DNA of 64,000 nt from an uncultured Candidatus Saccharibacteria bacterium (GTDB taxonomy: Bacteria > Patescibacteriota > Minisyncoccia > Minisyncoccales > JANBVM01), in assembly GCA_964450805.1 (NCBI GenBank), contig CAYVDD010000001.1:6595-70594 (forward strand), written 5' to 3'. The notes under the pieces are model-generated. The model saw only the letters and a list, made by a program, of their open reading frames with translations. It searched no databases and had not been told where the DNA came from. This document shows positions 55,982 through 64,000 of this stretch, one piece after another. The translations under genes and the position numbers were made by a program. The first letter of the stretch is position 1; each line of letters opens with the position of its first letter.

Positions 55982-56201
55982 CAAGACTTTATTATAAAAG
56001 ATAAAATAAAGAATGCTCTGCTTTTTCTAGTCGAATCTGGGAATAAGTTCGAAAAGGGAGCCTGAAATGAGTATATTCCTTGGAATATACCTTTGGCACC
56101 CACCTGGAGTTTTCTCCAGAAGTTCCTAGAAAAGCAGGGCACCAAAAAACGCCTTAATTAAGACGTTTTTTGATTACCTGCGGGAATCGAACTATCTTAT
56201 G

Positions 56202-56273
56202 TCGGAGCAGCGGGAGTCGAACCCGCCGTCACGCCCACCCCAAGGGCGCATGTTGCCGCTACACCATGCTCCG
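56202..56273 (-). tRNA. tRNA-Pro (anticodon GGG)
   Basis: Hand-folded: acceptor CGGAGCA/TGCTCCG, anticodon stem CGCCC/GGGCG with loop TTGGGGT, and T-arm GCGGG-TTCGACT-CCCGC. Confidence 0.85.
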
Positions 56274-56284
56274 CTTTTAGAGTA

Positions 56285-56506
56285 TTACTTGATTTTAGAA
56301 AGAGATTTAATACATTTTGTACAGGCTTTTATTTTTTTACCTGCAAAATTCTTAAATTTTTTCCTTTTTATTCCAGCAGGAATAAAGACCCATTGTAAAT
56401 TAGGATATTTTCTTTTTTTAGAAGTTGGATTGTATTTTCCACGAAGCTTTACCAATTTTCTAATCATTCTTGATTTTTTAGCGCAGATTGCGCATTCTTT
56501 TGCCAT
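56285..56506 (-). CDS. rpmB: 50S ribosomal protein L28
   Basis: MAKECAICAKK...RGKYNPTSKKRKYPNLQWV...ACTKCIK. Confidence 0.75.
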   Translation of the reverse strand: MAKECAICAKKSRMIRKLVKLRGKYNPTSKKRKYPNLQWVFIPAGIKRKKFKNFAGKKIKACTKCIKSLSKIK

Positions 56507-56574
56507 GATAGGTAATGCTATAATTTTTTTAAAGTCTTTTCAAGTTATTATATAATGTGTAAAATAAAACACAT

Positions 56575-57198
56575 ATGGAAGGTTTGATTATTTTATTTAC
56601 ATTAATAGTTCTTCTTTTTTCAATTATAATTCATGAAATTTCTCATGGTTGTGTTGCTTATTATCTTGGAGACCCAACTGCAAAATATTCTGGACGTTTG
56701 ACCTTTAATCCTTTAAAACACTTAGACCCATTTGGTTCTGTTCTTTTGCCTTTGTTGTTGTTTTTGGTAAGTGCTGGAAAAGGACCTATTTTTGGATGGA
56801 CAAAACCAGTGCCAGTTAATCCATATAATTTCCGTGACCAGAAATGGGGGATACTTAAAGTTTCAGTAGCAGGTCCTTTATCTAATTTTTTAATTGCTGT
56901 GATTTTCAGCTTGGCTATAAGATTTATCCCTTTGAATACTTCGCTTCTTACTCTTTTTAGTATTATTGCTTTTTACAACTTTGCCTGGGGAATATTTAAT
57001 TTAATTCCTATTCCGCCTTTAGATGGCTATCGTATTCTTTTTTCATTGTTGCCTGAAAGATTTTCAAAATTTAAGAATTTTTTACAGCAATACAGTCTTG
57101 TTTTTATTTTAATGTTTATACTTTTCGGTTTGAGGCTAATATTTTTAGGAGCAATAATTCTTTATACTTTGATTTCTGGCCAGTTATTCGTTTTCTAA
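56575..57198 (+). CDS. M50 site-2 protease family membrane metalloprotease
   Basis: IIHEISHG (HExxH) in TM1, NPLKHLDPFGS, and NLIPIPPLDG. Confidence 0.8.
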   Translation: MEGLIILFTLIVLLFSIIIHEISHGCVAYYLGDPTAKYSGRLTFNPLKHLDPFGSVLLPLLLFLVSAGKGPIFGWTKPVPVNPYNFRDQKWGILKVSVAGPLSNFLIAVIFSLAIRFIPLNTSLLTLFSIIAFYNFAWGIFNLIPIPPLDGYRILFSLLPERFSKFKNFLQQYSLVFILMFILFGLRLIFLGAIILYTLISGQLFVF

Positions 57199-57303
57199 AG
57201 AACAGCTTTTAAGTAAAAAAAGGTAAATCAGAGGATTGACTTTAATCTCTTTCCTTGTTAAATTTATCACACAAGTGCTAAAGCACTTAATTGTTTTTAA
57301 ACT

Positions 57304-57714
57304 ATGCCAACAATTCATCAATTAGTTAGAAAATCAAGGAAGAAACCAAAAAAGCGGAAAAAAGCTTCTGTTTTTAAATTTAGTTTTAATGTTTTAAAAA
57401 ACAGACCAGTAAAATATAATTCACCATTTAAAAGAGGAGTATGTTTGAAAGTCTTTACAATGACTCCCAAAAAACCGCATTCAGCATTAAGAAAAGTTGC
57501 CAGGGTTCGTTTAACTAATGGACAGGAAGTAACTGCCTATATTCCTGGAGAAGGTCATAACTTACAAGAGCACTCTATTGTTATGATAAGAGGAGCAAGA
57601 ATAAAAGATTTGCCAGGCGTGAGTTATAAAGTAGTAAGAGGAGTTTTGGATGCTAGCGGCGTAGAAGGAAGAAAACAAGTAAGATCAAAGTACGGGACCA
57701 AAAGAGCTAAATAA
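57304..57714 (+). CDS. rpsL: 30S ribosomal protein S12
   Basis: [10 protein letters not shown]...[54 protein letters not shown]. Confidence 0.97.
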   Translation: MPTIHQLVRKSRKKPKKRKKASVFKFSFNVLKNRPVKYNSPFKRGVCLKVFTMTPKKPHSALRKVARVRLTNGQEVTAYIPGEGHNLQEHSIVMIRGARIKDLPGVSYKVVRGVLDASGVEGRKQVRSKYGTKRAK

Positions 57715-57727
57715 TAGATATCAATAT

Positions 57728-58198
57728 ATGGCTAGACAGAAAAAAATTAAAAAAAGAGAACTTTTGCCTGACTCTGTGTATGATGATGTAATTGTTTCTA
57801 AATTTATCAACTATATAATGAGGAAAGGTAAAAAAACTATAGCCAGAAAAATTGTTTATGGCGCTTTTGATATTATAAAAGAAAAAACAAAAAAAGAACC
57901 TATAGAAGTTTTTAAACAAGCTTTAAAAAATACCAGTCCTGTTTTAGAGGTAAGACCAAAAAGGGTAGGAGGAGCAACTTATCAGATTCCAATAGAAGTA
58001 AAAGGAAACAGGAAGTTGGCTCTAGCTATGCGCTGGATGATTAAGGCAGCTAAAGCAAAGAAAGGAAGGCCAATGGAAGAAAAATTAGCTGAAGAACTAA
58101 TGAACGCTGCCAGTAATACTGGCTGGGCAGTAAAGAAAAAAGAAGATACTCATAAAATGGCTGAGGCTAACCGCGCTTTTGCCCATTTCTCCTGGTAA
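57728..58198 (+). CDS. rpsG: 30S ribosomal protein S7
   Basis: The canonical position after rpsL, plus [19 protein letters not shown] and ANRAFAHF.W. Confidence 0.95.
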   Translation: MARQKKIKKRELLPDSVYDDVIVSKFINYIMRKGKKTIARKIVYGAFDIIKEKTKKEPIEVFKQALKNTSPVLEVRPKRVGGATYQIPIEVKGNRKLALAMRWMIKAAKAKKGRPMEEKLAEELMNAASNTGWAVKKKEDTHKMAEANRAFAHFSW

Positions 58199-58209
58199 AA
58201 CAATTAACT

Positions 58210-60315
58210 ATGGCTAGAAAGTATTCTTTAGAAAAATACAGAAATATTGGAATTATTGCGCATATTGACGCCGGTAAAACAACAACCACTGAGCGTATTT
58301 TGTTTTATACGGGTATTACTCATAAAATTGGGAGCGTTGATAAAGGAACAACAATTACTGACTGGATGGAGCAGGAAAGAGAAAGAGGTATTACAATAAC
58401 CTCAGCTGCTACTACCTGTTTTTGGAATCCTAAAAACTTGGCTGAAAAAGGTGAAAAAGAATTTAAAATTAATATTATTGATACCCCTGGTCATATTGAT
58501 TTTACAGCTGAAGTGCAGAGATCTTTAAGGGTTTTAGATGGCGGACTAGTTGTTTTTGATGGGGTGGCTGGTGTAGAGCCGCAATCAGAAACAGTTTGGA
58601 GACAGGCTGATAAGTTTAAGGTTCCAAGGATCTGTTTTATTAATAAAATGGACAGAATGGGTGCTAATTTTGAAAAAAGCTTAAAGTCAATTTGGAAGAA
58701 ACTAAGTCCTAATGCTGTTACACTTCAGTTGCCAATTGGCGCAGAAGAGAATTTCAAAGGAGTAATTGACCTTTTGGAAATGAAAGCCATTAAGTTTGAG
58801 GGAGAATCTGGTGAAAATGTAAAAGAGGAAGATATTCCTTCTGATTTACTGGAAAAAGCTAAGGAGTGGCGGGAAAAAATGGTTGAGAAAATAGCAGGAG
58901 AGGACGCGGAACTCTTGGAAAAATATTTATCAAAAAAAGAAATCTCTGTTGATGAACTAAGAACCTCATTAAGAAAGTCCACCATTAACTACAAATTAAT
59001 ACCAGTGTTTTGCGGTTCATCCTTGAAGAATAAAGGAGTGCAGCCAGTTTTAGACGCAGTAGTTTATTATTTACCAAGCCCGATTGATTTGCCGCCAGTT
59101 AAGGGCACTGATCCAAAAACAAACGAGATTATTGAAAGGAAAACAGATGACAATGAGCCGTTTTCTGCTTTAGCTTTTAAAATTGCCACTGATCCTTATG
59201 TTGGTTCTTTGACTTATTTTAGAATCTACTCAGGGACTTTGAAAAAAGGTTCTTACCTTTTAAATACAAGTTCTGGTGAAAAAGAAAGAATCAGCAGAAT
59301 TTTAAGAATGCATGCTGATTCCCGTGAAGACATTGATGAAATATATGCAGGAGATATTGCTGCAACAGTAGGATTGAAAAATACTTCTACAGGTCATACT
59401 CTTTGTGATGAAGAGCATCCTGTTGTATTAGAACAAATTAGTTTTCCTGAACCAGTTATTTCTATTCGCGTTGAGCCCAAGAATAAAACCGATGAAGAAA
59501 AAATGGGTGTTGCGCTTAAAAGATTGTCTGAAGAAGACCCTACTTTTACAGTAAAAACAGATTCTGAGACTAATGAAACAATTATTTCTGGAATGGGAGA
59601 GCTTCATCTTGAGATTCTTGTTGATAGAATGAAAAGAGAATTTAAGGTAGAGGCTAATGTTGGCAGACCTCAGGTTGCTTACAAAGAAACAATAAGATCT
59701 GTTGCTGAAGGAGAAGGCAAATATGTCAGGCAGTCAGGAGGAAGAGGCCAATACGGACATGTTCTATTAAGATTAGACCCAAAACAAAAAGGAAAAGGAT
59801 TTGAATTTATTGACAAGATTAAAGGAGGAGCCATACCAAAGGAATTTATTCCAGCAGTTGAAAAAGGAGTGAAAGAAGCAATGGAAAAAGGAACAGTGGC
59901 AGGTTATCCAATGGTTGATATTTCTGTTACTCTTTATGATGGTTCTTTTCACGAAGTTGATTCTTCTGAGTTTTCTTTTAAAGTTGCTTCTTCTATGGCA
60001 TTTCAAGATGCAGTTAAAAAAGCAAACCCAGTGCTTTTAGAGCCAATAATGAAGCTGGAGGTAGTTATTCCAACAGATTTCTTTGGAGATGTAATAGGCG
60101 ATTTATCAGCAAGAAGAGGCAAGATTAAGGAAACAATAGACAGGCTGAATCTTAAAGTTATTAATGCCAATGTGCCTTTATCTGAAATGTTTGGCTATGC
60201 TACAACCATAAGAAGCTTGACTGAAGGAAGAGGAACATTTACAATGGAATTTGATAGTTACGAAGAAATACCGAAAAATATAACCCAGGCCATTATTGAA
60301 GGAAAGAAGAAATAA
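58210..60315 (+). CDS. fusA: Elongation factor G
   Basis: [33 protein letters not shown], and all five domains by length. Confidence 0.97.
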   Translation: MARKYSLEKYRNIGIIAHIDAGKTTTTERILFYTGITHKIGSVDKGTTITDWMEQERERGITITSAATTCFWNPKNLAEKGEKEFKINIIDTPGHIDFTAEVQRSLRVLDGGLVVFDGVAGVEPQSETVWRQADKFKVPRICFINKMDRMGANFEKSLKSIWKKLSPNAVTLQLPIGAEENFKGVIDLLEMKAIKFEGESGENVKEEDIPSDLLEKAKEWREKMVEKIAGEDAELLEKYLSKKEISVDELRTSLRKSTINYKLIPVFCGSSLKNKGVQPVLDAVVYYLPSPIDLPPVKGTDPKTNEIIERKTDDNEPFSALAFKIATDPYVGSLTYFRIYSGTLKKGSYLLNTSSGEKERISRILRMHADSREDIDEIYAGDIAATVGLKNTSTGHTLCDEEHPVVLEQISFPEPVISIRVEPKNKTDEEKMGVALKRLSEEDPTFTVKTDSETNETIISGMGELHLEILVDRMKREFKVEANVGRPQVAYKETIRSVAEGEGKYVRQSGGRGQYGHVLLRLDPKQKGKGFEFIDKIKGGAIPKEFIPAVEKGVKEAMEKGTVAGYPMVDISVTLYDGSFHEVDSSEFSFKVASSMAFQDAVKKANPVLLEPIMKLEVVIPTDFFGDVIGDLSARRGKIKETIDRLNLKVINANVPLSEMFGYATTIRSLTEGRGTFTMEFDSYEEIPKNITQAIIEGKKK

Positions 60316-60468
60316 CCTTGTTTTATCTCAAGGTATTGCTAAATTTTAAAAAAACTGGTATAAAACAATAATTAATTAATAGCTTAAAAGTATAAGATTT
60401 TAAGGGTTAGTGTTTAGGAAATTGATTGATTAACGAACTAAACACTTAGTCTTGAATCTTAAAAAACA

Positions 60469-61668
60469 ATGGCTGAAAAAGAAAAATTTATAAGATCAAA
60501 ACCCCATGTCAATATAGGCACTATTGGTCATGTTGCTCATGGTAAAACTACTACTACTGCTGCTATCTTAAAGATTAGCCAGTTAAAAGGATTAAGCGCC
60601 TCTAAAGCAGGAGTGGATGATTTAAATGCTGCTCCAGAAGAAAAAGCCAGAGGCTTGACTATTTCTGTTTCTCACGTTGAGTTTGAAAGCGATAAAAGGC
60701 ATTATGCTTTAATTGATTGTCCAGGACACGCTGATTACATTAAAAACATGATTACAGGAGCTGCTCAGATGGATGGAGGAATTTTAGTTGTTTCAGCTGT
60801 TGATGGACCAATGCCTCAGACAAGAGAACATATTCTGTTGTCAAGACAAGTAGGCTTACCCTCTTTGGTTGTGTTTATTAATAAATGCGACCAGGTTGAT
60901 GATCCTGAAATTATTGATTTAGTTGAATCAGAATTAAGGGATCTTTTAAAAAAGTATGAATATCCAGGAGATAAAACTCCAATTATCAGAGGTTCATCTT
61001 TAAAAGCTCTTGATAGTAAATCAGTTGACGATGAAACTGCAAAACCAATTGTAGAGCTGATTAAAGCTGTTGATGAATTTATTAAGGAGCCTTTAAGAGA
61101 AACAGACAAGCCATTTTTAATGGCAATTGAAGATGTATTTACAATTGAAGGTCGTGGAACAGTAGCAACAGGAAGAGTTGAAAGAGGGATTGTTAAATCT
61201 AATGAAGAAGTTGAACTTATTGGTATAAAACCAACTGTTAAAACTACTGCTGTTTCTATTGAGATGTTTAATAAGATTTTAGATGAAGGAAGAGCAGGTG
61301 ATAATGTTGGAGTGCTTTTAAGGGGAATTAAAAAAGAAGACACAGAAAGAGGTCAGGTTTTGGCTAAGCCAGGAAGTATTACTCCGCACAGCGAGTTTGA
61401 GGGTCAGGTTTATGTTTTAACAAAAGAAGAAGGAGGAAGACATACTCCATTTTTCAGCGGCTATAAGCCCCAGTTCTATTTCAGAACCACTGATGTTACT
61501 GGAGATGTTATTTTACCTGAAGGTACTGAAATGGTGATGCCTGGTGATACTGTTAATCTGAAAATTAAACTAATCGCTCCTATTGCAATGGAAGATGGAC
61601 AAAGATTTGCTATCAGAGAAGGAGGAAAAACCGTTGGGGCAGGAGTTGTTACAAAAATATTGAAGTAA
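60469..61668 (+). CDS. tuf: Elongation factor Tu
   Basis: [26 protein letters not shown], and [15 protein letters not shown]. Confidence 0.97.
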   Translation: MAEKEKFIRSKPHVNIGTIGHVAHGKTTTTAAILKISQLKGLSASKAGVDDLNAAPEEKARGLTISVSHVEFESDKRHYALIDCPGHADYIKNMITGAAQMDGGILVVSAVDGPMPQTREHILLSRQVGLPSLVVFINKCDQVDDPEIIDLVESELRDLLKKYEYPGDKTPIIRGSSLKALDSKSVDDETAKPIVELIKAVDEFIKEPLRETDKPFLMAIEDVFTIEGRGTVATGRVERGIVKSNEEVELIGIKPTVKTTAVSIEMFNKILDEGRAGDNVGVLLRGIKKEDTERGQVLAKPGSITPHSEFEGQVYVLTKEEGGRHTPFFSGYKPQFYFRTTDVTGDVILPEGTEMVMPGDTVNLKIKLIAPIAMEDGQRFAIREGGKTVGAGVVTKILK

Positions 61669-61746
61669 GCAAAATAATTCTTAAATTGTCAAATTGTAAA
61701 ATCAATTTGGCAATTTAATTTAATAACAATATATTAGTTCGTTAAG

Positions 61747-62088
61747 ATGCCAAAGAAAAAAACAGACACTGTAGAAACTGAGATTAAAGGCAGACTGAGG
61801 ATTAAGCTCAAAGCTTATGACCATAAAGTCATTGATACTTCTGCCAAACAGATTATTGAAATGGCTGAGCGTTATGGAGCTAAGGTCTTGGGCCCTGTTC
61901 CTTTGCCAACAGAAATTAATAAATATACTGTTAACAGATCCGCTTTTATTCATAAAAAAAGCAGGGAACAATACGAAATTAGAATTCATAAAAGATTAAT
62001 TGATGTTTTAGGCACTAATGCCAAAGTGATTGACGCCTTAAGAAGTTTGAACTTGCCAGCAGGTGTTGATATTGAAATAAGAATGTAA
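61747..62088 (+). CDS. rpsJ: 30S ribosomal protein S10 (short basic N-terminal extension)
   Basis: [21 protein letters not shown]...GAKV.GP.PLPT....YTV.RS....K.SREQYE.R.HKRLID. Confidence 0.95.
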   Translation: MPKKKTDTVETEIKGRLRIKLKAYDHKVIDTSAKQIIEMAERYGAKVLGPVPLPTEINKYTVNRSAFIHKKSREQYEIRIHKRLIDVLGTNAKVIDALRSLNLPAGVDIEIRM

Positions 62089-62299
62089 AGAAGGATTGTT
62101 TTTCAGTAGATTAATTTTATATAATAATTCTTCATTTGAGCGGAACAGGAATAAATATTTTCGTTAAAAAAGAGATTTTTGATATAATAAAAATGATAAA
62201 ATTAAATTTTAAAAAGTTATAAACAATTTAGAATAGCCAGTGGTTGAAGACCGGGCTATGCCCGGTTTTCAATTATGAAATAAATAAATAATAAATAAT

Positions 62300-62890
62300 A
62301 TGAAATTTATATTAGGTTTAAAAATAGGGATGTCAAAGGTTTTTGATAAAGACGGAAAGCCAGTTCCAGTGACTTTGATTGAGGCTGGTCCTTGTGAGGT
62401 TTTACAAATTAAGACCAAAGAAAAAGACGGTTATGAAGCTGTTCAGATTGGATTTTTAAGTTTAAAAAAAAATAAGACAAAAAAAAGCCAGAAAAATAAA
62501 CCCTTTAAACATCTGAAAGAATTTAAGGGCGACATTTCAGAGTATAAGATAGGACAAAAAATTGATGTTTCTGCATTTAAAGATGTTAAATCAGTGAAAA
62601 TATCAGGTTTTTCAAAAGGAAAGGGTTTTGCTGGTGGAGTTAAAAGATGGGGTTTCAGAGGACAGCCAGCAAGCAGAGGAGCAAAGGGTTCTATCAGAAC
62701 AATAGGTTCAATTGGCGGTTCAACTCCTTCAAAGGTTATTAAGGGTAAAAAAATGCCGGGCAGAATGGGTTTTGATAGAACAACAGTTAAAGGCTTAAAA
62801 ATAATTCAAATAGACGAAAAAAATAATGTTTTAATGATAAAAGGAGCTGTGCCTGGAAGAAGAGGAACTTTATTGGAAATCAGAGCTTAG
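62300..62890 (+). CDS. rplC: 50S ribosomal protein L3
   Basis: GLKIGMSKVFD..G...PVTLIEAGPC and SKGKGFAGGVKRWGF.G. Confidence 0.95.
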   Translation: MKFILGLKIGMSKVFDKDGKPVPVTLIEAGPCEVLQIKTKEKDGYEAVQIGFLSLKKNKTKKSQKNKPFKHLKEFKGDISEYKIGQKIDVSAFKDVKSVKISGFSKGKGFAGGVKRWGFRGQPASRGAKGSIRTIGSIGGSTPSKVIKGKKMPGRMGFDRTTVKGLKIIQIDEKNNVLMIKGAVPGRRGTLLEIRA

Positions 62891-62901
62891 AGATAAAAAC
62901 T

Positions 62902-63570
62902 ATGAAAATTACAATACACAATCAACAGGGTAAAAAACTTAAAGAAACTTTGCTGCCAAAGGAAGTTTTTGAAGTTGAACCAAATAATGATTTAATTTAC
63001 CAGGTTATTGTTTCGCAAATGGCAAACAGAAGAAAATCTATAGCTCACAGTAAGAACAGGAGTGAGGTAAGAGGTGGAGGAAGAAAGCCCTGGCGGCAAA
63101 AAGGCTTGGGCAGAGCAAGGCATGGTTCAATAAGATCTCCAATCTGGATAGGTGGAGGGGTAACTTTTGGGCCAAGAAAAGAAAAGATTTTCAAAAAAAT
63201 AATTCCCAATAAAATGAGAAAGCTGGCGCTGTTTATGGCATTATCATCTAAGGTAAAAAATAATTTATTAATTGTTTTGGATGATTTGAAAATTAGCGAA
63301 CCAAAGACAAAATTAATTGTTGAAATTTTAAACAAGATTCCATCTAAAAAAGAAAGTTCATTAATTGTTTTGCCAGAGTTAAATAAAAACGTAATTCTGG
63401 CGGCAAAAAATATTCCTTATATTGAAACAATGCAGGCAAGAGATTTAAATTGTTTGGACATTATGTCTTTTAAATATTTGATTATGCCAAAAGCAAGTAT
63501 TGAAATAATAGAAAGAACATTTTTAAAACAAAAGAAAAAAAACAAGAAAAAAGAAGTTAAGAGTAAATAA
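62902..63570 (+). CDS. rplD: 50S ribosomal protein L4 (Lys-rich C-terminal tail)
   Basis: KNRSEVRGGGRKPWRQKGLGRARHGSIRSPIWIGGGVTFGP. Confidence 0.95.
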   Translation: MKITIHNQQGKKLKETLLPKEVFEVEPNNDLIYQVIVSQMANRRKSIAHSKNRSEVRGGGRKPWRQKGLGRARHGSIRSPIWIGGGVTFGPRKEKIFKKIIPNKMRKLALFMALSSKVKNNLLIVLDDLKISEPKTKLIVEILNKIPSKKESSLIVLPELNKNVILAAKNIPYIETMQARDLNCLDIMSFKYLIMPKASIEIIERTFLKQKKKNKKKEVKSK

Positions 63571-63572
63571 CT

Positions 63573-63983
63573 ATGGCATTCAAAGATTTTTTTAAAAGAA
63601 AAAAAGAACCAGAAAAAAAGAAGAAAGACAAATCCTCTGAAGTTTTGGTGGAAGAGAAGAAAAAAAAGCCCGTGAAAAAAACAAGAAAAAAAACTGATGA
63701 AGGGTTTGCTTACCGTATTTTAAAATCTCCCCATATTACAGAAAAAGCAACAGATTTAGCTAAAGATAACAGATATATTTTTAAAGTTTATGAAAAAGCC
63801 AATAAGCCTGAAATTAAAAAATCAGTAGAAAAATTATATGATGTTGATGTTTTAAGTGTTAAGATTATTAAAGTAGCTCCAAAGAAAAGGATTTTTAAAG
63901 GAATAAGAGGTGAAAGAAAGGGCTATAAAAAGGCGGTTGTTGAGATTAAAAAAGGTCAGAAAATTGAAATTTTTTCCAGATAA
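63573..63983 (+). CDS. rplW: 50S ribosomal protein L23 with ~45-aa Lys-rich N-terminal extension
   Basis: ILKSPHITEKAT.....N.Y.FKV...ANK.EIKK.VEKLYDV.V..V, in the canonical position after rplD. Confidence 0.9.
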   Translation: MAFKDFFKRKKEPEKKKKDKSSEVLVEEKKKKPVKKTRKKTDEGFAYRILKSPHITEKATDLAKDNRYIFKVYEKANKPEIKKSVEKLYDVDVLSVKIIKVAPKKRIFKGIRGERKGYKKAVVEIKKGQKIEIFSR

Positions 63984-64000
63984 TTTAAGTTTAAAAGATG

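Noticed and set aside
55985-56165. Possible structured RNA (SRP/6S-like) in the adk-like to tRNA-Pro spacer; tracked ORF 55912-56145 (minus)
   Set aside because: Hairpins exist (gtatattcc/ggaatatac and ctggag-tttt-ctccag). However, there is no SRP helix-8 motif (GGAA tetraloop with AGCA), and the flanking ggcaccc/gggcacc segments are not complementary. The minus-strand ORF has no SD or recognisable motif. The region is left unannotated.
63998-64000. Start of rplB (L2) at the window edge
   Set aside because: Only the ATG is inside the window. The position after rplW makes it likely, but nothing can be verified from 3 nt.

Overview
AT-rich, tightly packed bacterial window. The gene content looks like a small-genome, CPR/Patescibacteria-like organism: Lys-rich extensions on housekeeping proteins, RNase J, a cupin-type PGI, and DUF5679/DUF5659-type small proteins. 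This lineage call is an inference. The window has three parts. (1) Bases 1-21.5 kb are a core block: rpoC 3' end, ftsK, recA, rpsF-ssb-rpsR, ychF, PGM/PMM, trpS, rnj, tRNA-Leu, galU, cupin PGI, a family-5 SBP, secG, groES/EL, lemA, htpX, tRNA-Ser, dnaG and rpoD. (2) Bases ~21.5-46 kb are an accessory region that starts exactly at the 3' end of tRNA-Asn. It opens with a large serine recombinase whose stop codon lies inside the tRNA, followed by phage-like HTH/replication genes on the minus strand. A plus-strand operon follows, encoding an Xis-like HTH protein, a DNA methyltransferase, a putative restriction enzyme, a CHAT (caspase-like) protease and a 1210-aa protein. That large protein has a Cap4/DUF4297-like PD-(D/E)xK N-terminus and a long helical-repeat body. 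The CHAT protease and the 1210-aa protein are my best candidate for an undescribed defence system. Downstream lies a ~13 kb array of single-gene or single-operon modules. They are separated by 13 copies of a conserved junction motif (GGTTCT..CGTCC..GGAGCT), each followed by a GC hairpin, a T-run and an outward promoter. This is integron-like in layout but lacks integron hallmarks. (3) Bases ~46-64 kb are core again: FKBP, DegV, a metal-homeostasis cluster, ppaC, ComEC-MBL, tRNA-Pro, rpmB, an M50 protease, and rpsL-rpsG-fusA-tuf-rpsJ-rplC-rplD-rplW. No CRISPR array and no rRNA were seen. All functional calls rest on motif reading by eye, since no database search was possible.
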